64,000 nucleotides of DNA, from contig NVXV01000001.1 of NCBI GenBank assembly GCA_002734085.1, positions 159,783 through 223,782 of the forward strand, read 5' to 3'. The DNA comes from Fluviicola sp. (GTDB lineage: Bacteria; Bacteroidota; Bacteroidia; Flavobacteriales_D; Crocinitomicaceae). The notes under the pieces were generated by a model that ran no database searches, was not told the origin of the DNA, and saw nothing but the letters and a program-made list of their open reading frames with translations. The stretch's first letter is position 1; each line of letters opens with the position of its first letter. The position numbers were made by a program, and so were the translations under genes. Positions 1 through 9,527 of the stretch are shown one piece after another.

Positions 1-463
1 GATAAGAAGACTTGTGACCTCGTATTTCATTATGAACTTCTTTTGGCCCATCCAAAGAGATGAAAAGTTCATTTAAACCTCCTGCAATAAGTTCATCCGC
101 CTTTTGGCGTAAATTTAGTGCATTGGTTGTGATGGAAGTAAACAGGTTCGCCTTATTTGCATAGTCCAATGAATCAAATAAACTTGGATAAATCAGAGGT
201 TCTGTAAACGCATAACCCAACTTTGTGGTTGGAAAATATTTCTTAGTCTGATCAACAATATTTTGAAACAATTCAATGGGCATATTGATTGGATGCGTAC
301 CCACTAAATTCTGAGCGAAATTGGTTTCTAAATTTTTGGTTCCAACATCACACATTTTACAATGCAAATTACAAATATTATTAACTCCTAAAACTAACCA
401 TTGTGGAGAATAGTACAAATGTTTAGGCCAGAACTTTCTGTTTACAGATTTTAATTTATTCAT
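1..463 (-). CDS. radical SAM protein (partial; 3' end runs off the window start)
   Basis: Minus-strand translation from the ATG at 461-463 reads MNKLKSVNRKFWPKHLYYSPQWLVLGVNNICNLHCKMCDVGTKN... CNLHCKMC is a CxxxCxxC radical-SAM cluster motif. It is absent from the ORF track because it is incomplete. Its start overlaps the stop of the upstream gene by 8 nt. Confidence 0.75.
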   Translation of the reverse strand, partial: MNKLKSVNRKFWPKHLYYSPQWLVLGVNNICNLHCKMCDVGTKNLETNFAQNLVGTHPINMPIELFQNIVDQTKKYFPTTKLGYAFTEPLIYPSLFDSLDYANKANLFTSITTNALNLRQKADELIAGGLNELFISLDGPKEVHNEIRGHKSSY

Positions 464-1130
464 AGGGCTCTATTTCATAAATGATATTCCATTCTTGCAG
501 TTTTTTCTTTCGATGGACTTCTTTTAAGGTCAATTTGTTTTCATCTGCCAATCTAGTTATTTCTTCAATTTGACAATCCTCCGATAAAATCATGAAGACC
601 GTATAATCCATCTCTCCTTTATTGAGTCCCGCAAATAATCGTTTAAAATAATCAAAATCTTCACCACAGTAAAATGCTGCATCGCGATTGTTAAAGACAT
701 CTTTTGGATAGTATGGAGGATTAATAAGTATTAAATCTATCTTCTTAAGATCAATTTTTTCAAAAAGATTTGATTCAACTACTTCAATGGGGATTTGCAG
801 TTTTTCACTATTTAACTTTAACCCTTCAATGGCATTTGGATTGATATCAGAAGCCGTCACCTTTGCTTCAGAGTGCATTGCCAAGTAAAATGAAATAAAC
901 CCACTTCCAGCACCCAGCTCTAAAACTCTTTTATTTTTTAATTCCTTCGAGGATATGAAGTCGAGTAGAATATTGGTTGACAAAAAGTACCCAGGATGAA
1001 ATACCTCAGGCAGAATAGTCAATTCTATTCCCTTGTTTTTATAAGTTCGTGCCTTTGCATTATTCTTTTCATACCACTTCGACAGAAACGGATAAAATAA
1101 CTTCTTTATTTTTCCTCTCATGGCTTTCAT
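456..1130 (-). CDS. class I SAM-dependent methyltransferase, small-domain/HemK-like with NPPY motif
   Basis: SAM-binding motif VLELGAGSGFIS and LILINPPYYP. NPPY is typical of N-directed (amino/amide) methyltransferases. There is a 4-nt overlap with the upstream B12-rSAM gene. Confidence 0.75.
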   Translation of the reverse strand: MKAMRGKIKKLFYPFLSKWYEKNNAKARTYKNKGIELTILPEVFHPGYFLSTNILLDFISSKELKNKRVLELGAGSGFISFYLAMHSEAKVTASDINPNAIEGLKLNSEKLQIPIEVVESNLFEKIDLKKIDLILINPPYYPKDVFNNRDAAFYCGEDFDYFKRLFAGLNKGEMDYTVFMILSEDCQIEEITRLADENKLTLKEVHRKKKLQEWNIIYEIEPYE

Positions 1131-2638
1131 TCTGCGTAAAACCCTTGCTCTTCTGGTTGTCTATATTTCCAAATCTTAAGTAAAGCTTTTAATTCATATG
1201 GAAAATGATAAAACCCCGTATGATATCGCCATGAAGCCAAGGTCCTTATTAAAACTCTTTTCCAAGAATGAATTTTATAGTCAGAAGCGGTTGGATAATA
1301 AGCGTTTAAGACTGTTTCGAAGTTTTGTATCTTCTTTACGTTTGCAGGTTTCAACCAAGGAGTAAGCGGATTTTTTCTTAAATCAAATTTTTCCCAAGCC
1401 GGTGAAAGCCAGTCTTCCAATTTTTCTGGAAACGAAAAGCCTTGCTCTGTAATTGTTTCATATAACTCACTTCCCTCAGTAGGAACGGGGCTATATAGGT
1501 AAATAATAATTTCAGTATTCGGATTTATTCTTTTGATCTCTTTAATAAAAGCTATATCCTGATCAATTTGATCTTTCACTTTTTTAGGATCGTCTCCTGG
1601 CATCCCAAGAACAAAACTATATTCTGGCACAATCCCAATTCGCTTCATGCGCGCTGCAAACTCTTTTATTTGTTTCCCTGACTGCGTTCCGCCTTTATCC
1701 ATTGCCTTTAATACTTCGTCATTGCCAGTTTCTGCACCGAGAAAAATCATTTTAAGACCGGCTCTTTTTAACAAAAACAAGTCGTCATCAGAGTATTTAT
1801 TAATTGTGTCAATTCTTCCTTCTCCCCACCAAGTAATGTTTGCGTTTTCAATTTTTTCCGCAAGTTCAACCACCCGTTTTCTGGCAGTGAAAAAATTATT
1901 GTCGTGAAACTCTACGGCATCGATTCCATGCTTTTTTTTCATCGTTAGTAGATCTTCAGCGATTCTGTCTGCAGACAATCCTTTCCACTTTGTGTTGTAA
2001 ATCGGCACAACAGCACAAAAAGAACAAGTGAATGGACAACCAAAACTGGAATGATAGCCCAATGTTTTATTTCCCAAAAATGTTTTAGAAAGGTAACTTT
2101 CTATTGGATAATACTTCCCTAACGTTTCGTACGGAAAGTCAGGGATATTTTTCATATCGGGAATAGCACTCTTTTTGGTTTTGATAACTTCACTGTCTCT
2201 AACGTAAATCAAGTTTGGAATCGAGTCAAAATCTTTCGATCCTTCCTCAATTTTAGTAACAAACGCTTCAAACATATCATCACAAGGACCATCAATAATA
2301 TAATCTACCCATCCAGAATCAAGGACACTTTTATATTGGTTCGAAGCAAAATAACCACCCCAAATAATTGTAAGATCTGGGTATTTTTCTTTAATGAACT
2401 TTGTAATTGGTATGGCTTGTTTTAACTGAGGACCAGGCATTACAGTAAGTCCAAAAACTATTGGTTTTTCCGACTCAATTAATGAAATAATTCTTTCCTG
2501 AGGGTCTTGTTCTGCATTTCCATCAACGAACACTGGCTCATATTTCCCCCTTAAAGCCCCTCCAACTTGTAATATTGAATTAGGAATTCTATGATTAGAG
2601 TCTGCGCTGCGTGGATTAAAAAGTAATACCTTCCTCAT
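1127..2638 (-). CDS. B12-binding-domain radical SAM protein
   Basis: 503 aa. The N-terminal Rossmann-like region (VLLFNP...GLTVMPGPQL...IIWGGYFAS) is followed by FGCPFTCSFCAV (CxxxCxxC). Confidence 0.85.
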   Translation of the reverse strand: MRKVLLFNPRSADSNHRIPNSILQVGGALRGKYEPVFVDGNAEQDPQERIISLIESEKPIVFGLTVMPGPQLKQAIPITKFIKEKYPDLTIIWGGYFASNQYKSVLDSGWVDYIIDGPCDDMFEAFVTKIEEGSKDFDSIPNLIYVRDSEVIKTKKSAIPDMKNIPDFPYETLGKYYPIESYLSKTFLGNKTLGYHSSFGCPFTCSFCAVVPIYNTKWKGLSADRIAEDLLTMKKKHGIDAVEFHDNNFFTARKRVVELAEKIENANITWWGEGRIDTINKYSDDDLFLLKRAGLKMIFLGAETGNDEVLKAMDKGGTQSGKQIKEFAARMKRIGIVPEYSFVLGMPGDDPKKVKDQIDQDIAFIKEIKRINPNTEIIIYLYSPVPTEGSELYETITEQGFSFPEKLEDWLSPAWEKFDLRKNPLTPWLKPANVKKIQNFETVLNAYYPTASDYKIHSWKRVLIRTLASWRYHTGFYHFPYELKALLKIWKYRQPEEQGFYAE

Positions 2639-2860
2639 AATTTGTAAAAATATTCATTTCCTTCGAACAAAGAAATTAAACTGTCTGGTATTACTCTCCT
2701 TAGATTCAATAATCAACGCTTTAGTGGAAAAATCTAACGTTTTTGAAATATATTAAAATTTGATAGTTTAGATAGAAAAATAAACTTTATCCTTGTAAAG
2801 GAGATTATTCAATCTTATTGCTTAGATAAACGCAAGAAGATACCTGAAAGTACACAACTT

Positions 2861-4285
2861 ATGATTAGCAAAGTCAGCTCCTTAAATAAATACATCGTCC
2901 CCCATTGGTTGGTGTTTTTTCTCCTTGGTGGAGGTCTGTTCGTTGTTTTCCATTTTTTCTTGGGTTTTAACGGACTTTATGGTCAGGATAGTCATGCTTA
3001 TTATCAGTATAGCTTAAAAATAAAAGAAATGCTCCAGGGATCTGAAGATGAACTAGGGTACTTTTTTTGGCCCAAGCTCTATCCTTTTTTTGGTGCTCTG
3101 ATTGGACTAACGGGAGTTCCCGTGCTTTTTAGTTTGAAGCTAATCTCCTTACTCTCTTTCATTGGAATCTTAACCTACATCAATAAGTTAATTCAGCTTT
3201 ACCACAAAAAAAATGGGATTCTGTTTATATTAATAGCAGCAGCCACTCAAATTTATTTCTTACGCGGTGGTTTTTTAGTTATGTCTGACATGTTAGCTGC
3301 ATTTTTCTGCATTTTTGCTTTTTATCAATATAGTTTATATGCTCAACAAGGTTTGTTTAGAAATGTAGTATTATTCTTTGTTGCAGCAATTTTAGCCTTT
3401 TTCACGAGATATCCAACTGGCGTATTATTATTTATTCCTGCAGTAGCAATGAGTTACTTAATATTTAAAAAGTCAAGTGTGTTAATCCGTTTGATAATTG
3501 TTTTAGGTTCAGTTGGATTGATTTGGTTTTTAATGGTATTTAATAGTAATTTTCTAAATAGTTTAAATCACCTTATTGGAACGTGGAGTCCATCGCACAT
3601 TTTTTCTAGAAATTTTAAAACTCCTGATGGAGTCAGTGAACACCTCGTTCCTAACGGTATGTATGCCTTTGGTAATTTTTTCCATTTTGGTTATTTGTCT
3701 TTTGGCTCTTTACTTATACCATTTTATAAAAAACTGAAAAACGCTAAACCAGTTCTTGTAACGAGTATTATCTTTTATTTACTCTTCTTGGCTGGGCATG
3801 AAACGCAAAACTATCGTTTCTTGTTAATTGTGCACCCCTTTGTACTACTTCTACTTTTCCATGCCCACTCTTCTCTCAAAAGCTGGTTGAAAGAAAGACG
3901 TTTATTTTTTCTATTTATAATTGGCGTTCTGCTATTTAACGTTGGGTTTGCATGGTATTCATTTCGAAAAATATACAAGGTTCACGCTATTGAAGTTGAA
4001 ATCACACAACGTGTAAAAAATGAAAATTACGAAGGACTAATCTATAGTTTCTATGTCGATCAATCCTTTAAATCATATGGTTTAGACAATGAAGTAAAAA
4101 ACTTCTTTTATGAAGATTATACTCATTTTGAAAAAGGGGCACTTGTGATATTTAACAAAGACCAATTTGAAAATCAATGGGCAGAGCATCGAGTAATGCA
4201 AAATTGGATCCGATTGAAGAAAAATTATCACTTAGATACAGTAAGTCTACATACCAACAACTGGATTATATATCGAATCAAATAA
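2861..4285 (+). CDS. polytopic membrane protein, probable GT-C fold (ArnT/PMT, GT39-like) glycosyltransferase
   Basis: 474 aa with more than 10 hydrophobic segments. The first loop after TM1 reads GLYGQDSHAYYQYS, resembling the acidic loop of GT39/GT83 enzymes. The gene is followed by a GT4 gene. Confidence 0.5.
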   Translation: MISKVSSLNKYIVPHWLVFFLLGGGLFVVFHFFLGFNGLYGQDSHAYYQYSLKIKEMLQGSEDELGYFFWPKLYPFFGALIGLTGVPVLFSLKLISLLSFIGILTYINKLIQLYHKKNGILFILIAAATQIYFLRGGFLVMSDMLAAFFCIFAFYQYSLYAQQGLFRNVVLFFVAAILAFFTRYPTGVLLFIPAVAMSYLIFKKSSVLIRLIIVLGSVGLIWFLMVFNSNFLNSLNHLIGTWSPSHIFSRNFKTPDGVSEHLVPNGMYAFGNFFHFGYLSFGSLLIPFYKKLKNAKPVLVTSIIFYLLFLAGHETQNYRFLLIVHPFVLLLLFHAHSSLKSWLKERRLFFLFIIGVLLFNVGFAWYSFRKIYKVHAIEVEITQRVKNENYEGLIYSFYVDQSFKSYGLDNEVKNFFYEDYTHFEKGALVIFNKDQFENQWAEHRVMQNWIRLKKNYHLDTVSLHTNNWIIYRIK

Positions 4286-4349
4286 GCACATAGCGATTAT
4301 TACACCGGGGTTTCTTAAAAATGATCGGGACACAACCTGTATTCCTGCT

Positions 4350-5294
4350 TTGTACTTGTTTGTTGAGGCTTTGATTTCTAATGGTTGTACAGTTACTGTA
4401 TTTACAATACATTATCCATATACGTTGATCGAATATCAATGGAAAGGCGCTCGTGTAGTTCCGTTAAATGGAGCAAACAGTGAACTTAAGAAAAGGATTT
4501 CTCTTTACTCTAGGCTTAGAAAAGCTTTTGATCGAATTCACAATACTCAACCTTTCGATTTAATCCACGCTTTCTGGCTGAACGAGGCTACGCTATTTGG
4601 GCAAAAGCTAAGTTTAAAACATAATATTCCAATTTTAGCCACTGCAATGGGGCAAGACGTATTAGATTCTAATCGGTATAAAAAAAGGGTGCTTTCTAAA
4701 AATATTCCTATCGTTGTTCTCAGCGAATTTCATTCAAATTTTATCAGTAAGCGAAAAACAGAAATCATTCCTTTTGGGGTAAAGAAGGAAGTAAGAAGTT
4801 TAGAAAAAAACAACGATTTAATATTTATCGGAAACCTGATTAAATTAAAAAGTCCACAATATTTTCTTGAATTATGCAAAACATTGAAGAATGAGAATTT
4901 AAAAATCAAGTTAATCGGTTCTGGACCAGAGGAAACTAAATGTTTGGCTTTTAAGGAAAACCATAACCTGACCAATGTTAAAATTATGGGGCAATGTGAT
5001 TACGAACAGACACAATCCTATCTAGCCGCTTCGAAAATACTTATCCATTGCTCTTCGTTTGAAAGTTTTGGAATGATTTTCATAGAAGCCATGGCGAAAG
5101 GTGTTCACATTTTAACAAACCCTGTAGGTTTTGCATACAGAAACGCTGATGTACATGATTTAACTTTTGATTTAAAAAAGGATGCAGAAAAAGTCAAACA
5201 GCTTTTAGACCTACCTCCTCCTAATCCTAAAGCTTATTCAGTTGAAGCAACTGTACATGCCTATGAAAAGCTTTACTCCTCTTTGTATACTTGA
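4350..5294 (+). CDS. glycosyltransferase family 4 (GT-B); true start probably upstream of the ORF-track TTG
   Basis: C-terminal GT1/GT4 signature SFESFGMIFIEAMAKGVHILTNPVG (E-x7-E-like). The same frame is open from 4245 and encodes KHIAIITPGFLKNDRDTTCIPALYLFVEAL, a typical GT4 N-terminus, but has no ATG/GTG/TTG there. Confidence 0.8.
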   Translation: MYLFVEALISNGCTVTVFTIHYPYTLIEYQWKGARVVPLNGANSELKKRISLYSRLRKAFDRIHNTQPFDLIHAFWLNEATLFGQKLSLKHNIPILATAMGQDVLDSNRYKKRVLSKNIPIVVLSEFHSNFISKRKTEIIPFGVKKEVRSLEKNNDLIFIGNLIKLKSPQYFLELCKTLKNENLKIKLIGSGPEETKCLAFKENHNLTNVKIMGQCDYEQTQSYLAASKILIHCSSFESFGMIFIEAMAKGVHILTNPVGFAYRNADVHDLTFDLKKDAEKVKQLLDLPPPNPKAYSVEATVHAYEKLYSSLYT

Positions 5295-6013
5295 ATAATA
5301 GAGAAAGGTGATTGATCAGGATTAAATAAACGTCCAATTTTAGAAGGTGAATATATGACCTTATGCTTTGGGAGTTCTCCCCATGTTAAATGTCTATAGT
5401 AAGAAGCAGCTTCTGGTTCATTCAATTGATTAAAATAAATCTCTGTACGTTGTTTGGCTGAAACAACTTCATTGTCATTGTAGAAATGAGAGTCCATGAT
5501 AAAAATTTCGCCCTTATTTTGAAGTTTTGAATTCAATAGCGTCCAAAAACTTTCAGATAGATTGAAATAATGAAGACTCGCATTGAATATTATACTGTCG
5601 TAGACCGAATCTTCCAGAAGAGAGAGGTCATCACAACAAATAAACCTTAAATCATCATGTTGAAAGCATCTTGCAGCTTGTTCAAGCTCCTCCTTTCCAA
5701 CATCTACTGCATCTACTTTAAAGCCAAAATTAACCAAAGTGTTTGCAAACCACCCGTTTCCACAACCAATTTCTAGAATCTTTAGTTTATTTGTTTTTTT
5801 TAAAATCTCAAGAATCTTTTTTAACGAATGAATTCTTTTTTTCCATTCCTTATAATGCGGATGTTGCACCAGGACATTTGGAAGTGACATGACGATTTCA
5901 TCAGATAACCATCGCTCTTCTTTCTCCCGAACTCGAGAATAGATAGCTTCAAAATCCTTTTTCGGTTCAGTCAAATAGAAAACGTTATTTATCTCATTCG
6001 CTTCATGTTCCAT
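5273..6013 (-). CDS. class I SAM-dependent methyltransferase
   Basis: KILEIGCGNGWFANTL motif I. There is a 25-nt overlap with the upstream B12-rSAM gene. The 3' end overlaps the convergent GT4 gene by 22 nt. Confidence 0.8.
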   Translation of the reverse strand: MEHEANEINNVFYLTEPKKDFEAIYSRVREKEERWLSDEIVMSLPNVLVQHPHYKEWKKRIHSLKKILEILKKTNKLKILEIGCGNGWFANTLVNFGFKVDAVDVGKEELEQAARCFQHDDLRFICCDDLSLLEDSVYDSIIFNASLHYFNLSESFWTLLNSKLQNKGEIFIMDSHFYNDNEVVSAKQRTEIYFNQLNEPEAASYYRHLTWGELPKHKVIYSPSKIGRLFNPDQSPFSIIQVYKEE

Positions 6014-7341
6014 AACGCCACCTTTTGTTTAATCTTCGGAAGTAATTTTCCTGTTTTATTAGCTTGCCAACCATTCATTAAATAGCGAATCGCATTGTTA
6101 TAGTAGCTATCTGAATAAGGCAATTCAAATCGAATGTCTCTATCGCTTGAAGTCGTCCATGGCAATGGGTCAATAATTCCTGATTCAACTTCATCATATA
6201 AGTCGGTCCCTTTAATCGGATAAGCCTTTGTAAGTGTCAGCACGCTTGGATTACACCGTTCAATATGCTTCATGGTTTGCAGAATGTCCTCATGCTCTTC
6301 TTCTGGGTATCCTACCATAATAAATGTTCCAGCTTCAATACCTAATTTTTGAGCCAGACGAATAGTTGACTGTACGGTTTCTACATCAACCCTACGATCC
6401 ATTTTGTCAATTATTCGTTGTGATCCACTTTCCGCACCAATCCAAATTCTAAAACAACCCATCTCTCTTAGTTTTAAGAGTATATCTTCATTTAAGCGCT
6501 CTGCTCTTGAAATACATTCGAAGTCAATTTTTAAATCCGCTTGTATAAACTGCTTATGTAATTTTGAAATCCACTTGTGGCTTACTGTAAAAACATCATC
6601 CACGAACCATAGTGCCTCAACATCATATGCTTTGCGCAAACCAATTATTTCTTCAACCACTCTTTCTGGCGAATTTCTCCTATAGCTTTGTCCATAAACC
6701 GCAGTACTACACCATTTACAGGTATATGGACAGCCTCTTTGCGTACTTATGTTAAGCGTTCGCTTACCATGATGTTTCTGCCATACACTTAGGTATTTTT
6801 CCATATCAATCGCATCGCAATCTGGAAAAGGAAGTTCTGCGATTTCTTTAATCTTTAACCGTTCCGCATTTTCGTGAGGTACACCCTCTTTCAAATAAGC
6901 TATGCCCTGGATGTTGTCAATTTTTGAGTTAGATCCTAGGGCCTCACAAAGCTCCAACATCGTTTGCTCTCCTTCTCCAATTACTGCAAACTCAAATCCA
7001 GCTTTAAGATAGTTTTCAAGATTATAACGAACATCTGGCCCTCCAATAACAAGTCGACAATCAGGTAACTCTTTTGCCACCCAATCTCGAATTTGTAATA
7101 AGGTAACTTTAGTAACAAGATTGGAATAAAAAGCTAAAATAGAGGGCTGCTCTTCTAAAATAGCGTTTTGCCATTCTTCTCGACTCATAAACGTACTATC
7201 AACTACCGAAACACGTTTTTTATGTTTTTTCAGATAAGCTGAAATATATAATAATCCCAAAGTTGGGTAAGGTCGCATTATACCCTTTTCCTTTTCGTCC
7301 TCATTGAGAAAATACCCATGCGTTAAAACTACTTCTTTCAT
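5989..7341 (-). CDS. B12-binding-domain radical SAM protein
   Basis: 450 aa with RGCPYTCKWCS (CxxxCxxC). The N-terminal domain is paralogous to the 8100-9527 product (HGYFLNEDEKE..RPYPTLGLLY versus HSYFLFFDKKQ..KPYPPLATIQ). Confidence 0.85.
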   Translation of the reverse strand: MKEVVLTHGYFLNEDEKEKGIMRPYPTLGLLYISAYLKKHKKRVSVVDSTFMSREEWQNAILEEQPSILAFYSNLVTKVTLLQIRDWVAKELPDCRLVIGGPDVRYNLENYLKAGFEFAVIGEGEQTMLELCEALGSNSKIDNIQGIAYLKEGVPHENAERLKIKEIAELPFPDCDAIDMEKYLSVWQKHHGKRTLNISTQRGCPYTCKWCSTAVYGQSYRRNSPERVVEEIIGLRKAYDVEALWFVDDVFTVSHKWISKLHKQFIQADLKIDFECISRAERLNEDILLKLREMGCFRIWIGAESGSQRIIDKMDRRVDVETVQSTIRLAQKLGIEAGTFIMVGYPEEEHEDILQTMKHIERCNPSVLTLTKAYPIKGTDLYDEVESGIIDPLPWTTSSDRDIRFELPYSDSYYNNAIRYLMNGWQANKTGKLLPKIKQKVALWNMKRMR

Positions 7342-7342
7342 C

Positions 7343-8107
7343 TTAATTTTTCTTGAGCACGATTAAATAATGATCTGCGTAGTTAGCTAAGAAACGAAAA
7401 GAAAAAAGTTTATCCAAAAATTCAAGAAATTTCATGAGTCTATTTTTGTTCTTAAACCTATTGGCTAAATATGATGGAGGCACAAATAATCCAATCGGGT
7501 AGACACCTTCTGTTTCAAATTGTGAACCCACAAAACTCTTAGTTTCTTTTGGTGAATAATACCAAGTTTTAACTGGAACCTGGTCCACATTTACTTCAAT
7601 GAATGATTCTGTATTTCGACGATTTCTTTCTTTCCATTTTCCTTTTAAGATGAGAAAAACTCGATCCCAAAAGCATTTTTTACCCATAATAACCAATATC
7701 ATTCTTCCGTGAGAAGGCAATTGTTTATAGACATCGCAAAAGAATGTCTCTAGCTCGTCTGTTGATAAACAATTCAGCCCTCCAAAATTAGAAAACAGCA
7801 AATCATAGTTCTCTTCATATTTTTTAATCTCAGTAATATCAAATGTTTTGAAATCAATTTCTGGGAACTTTGACTGTGCTAACTCAATCATTTTGGGTGA
7901 AATGTCAGTTGATTTCACTGACTTATTCAAACCCGACCAACGTTTGGCGTCTTCTCCTGTACCACAATTAACCTCAAGAACATTTTGATGTCCCTCAAGA
8001 TTTATTTTTTTAATATTATGCCATACAAGGTTGCGTTGAATAATTCCAACTGAAGAAAACGTAAATTTCTCATCATATGAAATTGCCGCTCCATCAAAAT
8101 CACTCAT
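7343..8107 (-). CDS. class I SAM-dependent methyltransferase
   Basis: VLEVNCGTGEDAKRW motif I, then DLLFSNFGGLNCL. There is an 8-nt overlap with the upstream rSAM gene and a 1-nt gap to the downstream rSAM gene. Confidence 0.8.
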   Translation of the reverse strand: MSDFDGAAISYDEKFTFSSVGIIQRNLVWHNIKKINLEGHQNVLEVNCGTGEDAKRWSGLNKSVKSTDISPKMIELAQSKFPEIDFKTFDITEIKKYEENYDLLFSNFGGLNCLSTDELETFFCDVYKQLPSHGRMILVIMGKKCFWDRVFLILKGKWKERNRRNTESFIEVNVDQVPVKTWYYSPKETKSFVGSQFETEGVYPIGLFVPPSYLANRFKNKNRLMKFLEFLDKLFSFRFLANYADHYLIVLKKN

Positions 8108-9527
8108 GATTTCGTAATTTTATATTTAGAGTTAAAGATTTTAATCCATTATAAGGTAATAGTGCTACATATCGCCAAGCCACTTTCTTATTACCATTAA
8201 GTATTTTACTCAGTCCTTGTTTCCATCTAAACCAATGATGAACATACCTTTGTAATACTTTATAATACGCAGACGAATATTCTCCTACAAACATTAGATC
8301 GAGATCATCAGAATCCTTCCAGTTGGCTTTTTCATTTAGTTGATCTTTTACACGTTCATAAAATAGCGTACCAGGTAACGGATAAGAAACGGAAATTCCG
8401 ATATCATCGGGTTTATAGTTCTTCACCATTTCAATGGTACTGTCTATGTCCTTCTTGTCCTCTCCAGGGTATCCGAATTGAAGGAAATAAGCCACTTTCA
8501 CTCCTTTTCTTTGCAGTAGTTCTGTACTTAATCTGATTTGCTCTAAGGAAGTGCCTTTATCCATTGCATCAAGGATTTTTTGCGATCCGCTTTCAGCACC
8601 AATCCACACCTCATCCAGACCAGAAGAGACAAGCGCATCAATCGTATCATCTTTAAGCAGCAGATCCGCACGGCTTTGAATCATATATGGAATTTTCAGC
8701 CCTTCTTTTTGAAGTTCAACATTAAACTCCTGGACCCAATTTGGTTTCAGTCCAAAAATATCATCAGCAAACCAGATGTGATCAAACGAAAACAAACTTT
8801 TTATTAACTTCATTTCAGCCACAACATGTTGAGGACTTCTCGAGTTATATCTCGTACCATAAATTGGCTTTGCGCACCAATTGCATTTAAAAGGGCATCC
8901 TCGTGTTGTTGCCATGTTAATTGAGAAATACCCATGTTTCTCCCAAGCCTTTTTATAGGGTGTTATATCTATTAAATCCCATGCAGGCAAAGACAAGGCG
9001 TCAAGATTAGTAAGTATTTTTCTACTTTTCGTTTGGACAACTTCACCATCGATCTTACAAGCTATTCCATCAATGTCATTTGTTTTTTTTCCCTCGCGAA
9101 GTCGCTCTAAAATTTCAATTAGGGTCTCATCTCCTTCACCCATAAGTATTTCATCGGCACCTTGACCTAAATACTTCTCAAAGTGATCTGTCGAGTCACT
9201 AGAAGACACAATCACATGAATCCCTCTACTTTTTGCCTCTTGAATCATTTGAAATGCCGCTTCTCTCATATTGGTGAGGCACATTTTTGTCAAATAATTA
9301 AAATCATCATCATAAAGCACTAAGACGTCAGGCTTATAGTTATCCAGTTTAGCGTTTATCGCATCTGCTTTTTCCACAAAAGAAACATCAAAAAGATCAA
9401 CATCAAACCCTTTACTTCTCGCAGATGAAGCCACCTGAATTGTTGCCAAAGGAGGATAAGGTTTTCTTTGGTCCCATTGTTTTTTATCAAAAAAAAGGAA
9501 ATAACTATGACTGAATAATAACTTCAT
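8100..9527 (-). CDS. B12-binding-domain radical SAM protein
   Basis: 475 aa with TRGCPFKCNWCA (CxxxCxxC) after an N-terminal Rossmann-like domain (DVLVLYDDDFN...HVIVSSSDSTD). Confidence 0.85.
   Translation of the reverse strand: MKLLFSHSYFLFFDKKQWDQRKPYPPLATIQVASSARSKGFDVDLFDVSFVEKADAINAKLDNYKPDVLVLYDDDFNYLTKMCLTNMREAAFQMIQEAKSRGIHVIVSSSDSTDHFEKYLGQGADEILMGEGDETLIEILERLREGKKTNDIDGIACKIDGEVVQTKSRKILTNLDALSLPAWDLIDITPYKKAWEKHGYFSINMATTRGCPFKCNWCAKPIYGTRYNSRSPQHVVAEMKLIKSLFSFDHIWFADDIFGLKPNWVQEFNVELQKEGLKIPYMIQSRADLLLKDDTIDALVSSGLDEVWIGAESGSQKILDAMDKGTSLEQIRLSTELLQRKGVKVAYFLQFGYPGEDKKDIDSTIEMVKNYKPDDIGISVSYPLPGTLFYERVKDQLNEKANWKDSDDLDLMFVGEYSSAYYKVLQRYVHHWFRWKQGLSKILNGNKKVAWRYVALLPYNGLKSLTLNIKLRNHE

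Noticed and set aside
1647-1907. Antisense ORFs from the track. They lie inside larger CDSs: 1647-1907, 4730-4975, 6404-6685, 8580-8807, 13184-13504, 13547-13777, 14736-14945, 15948-16133, 16417-16638, 17136-17333, 17503-17721, 17606-17812, 18133-18339, 18874-19062, 19215-19412, 19849-20127, 25227-25421, 26564-26770, 27649-27936, 28449-28670, 28962-29177, 30453-30635, 30751-31092, 34984-35187, 40254-40439, 40859-41131, 43483-43773, 44394-44693, 44407-44595, 45423-45611, 48294-48485, 50183-50425, 50407-50616, 51544-51801, 54112-54297, 54575-54769, 55373-55567, 56948-57139, 58155-58394, 61995-62198.
   Set aside because: Each is embedded in, or opposite to, a longer ORF with clear family motifs. 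Their translations are low-complexity or hydrophobic noise typical of AT-rich antisense frames.
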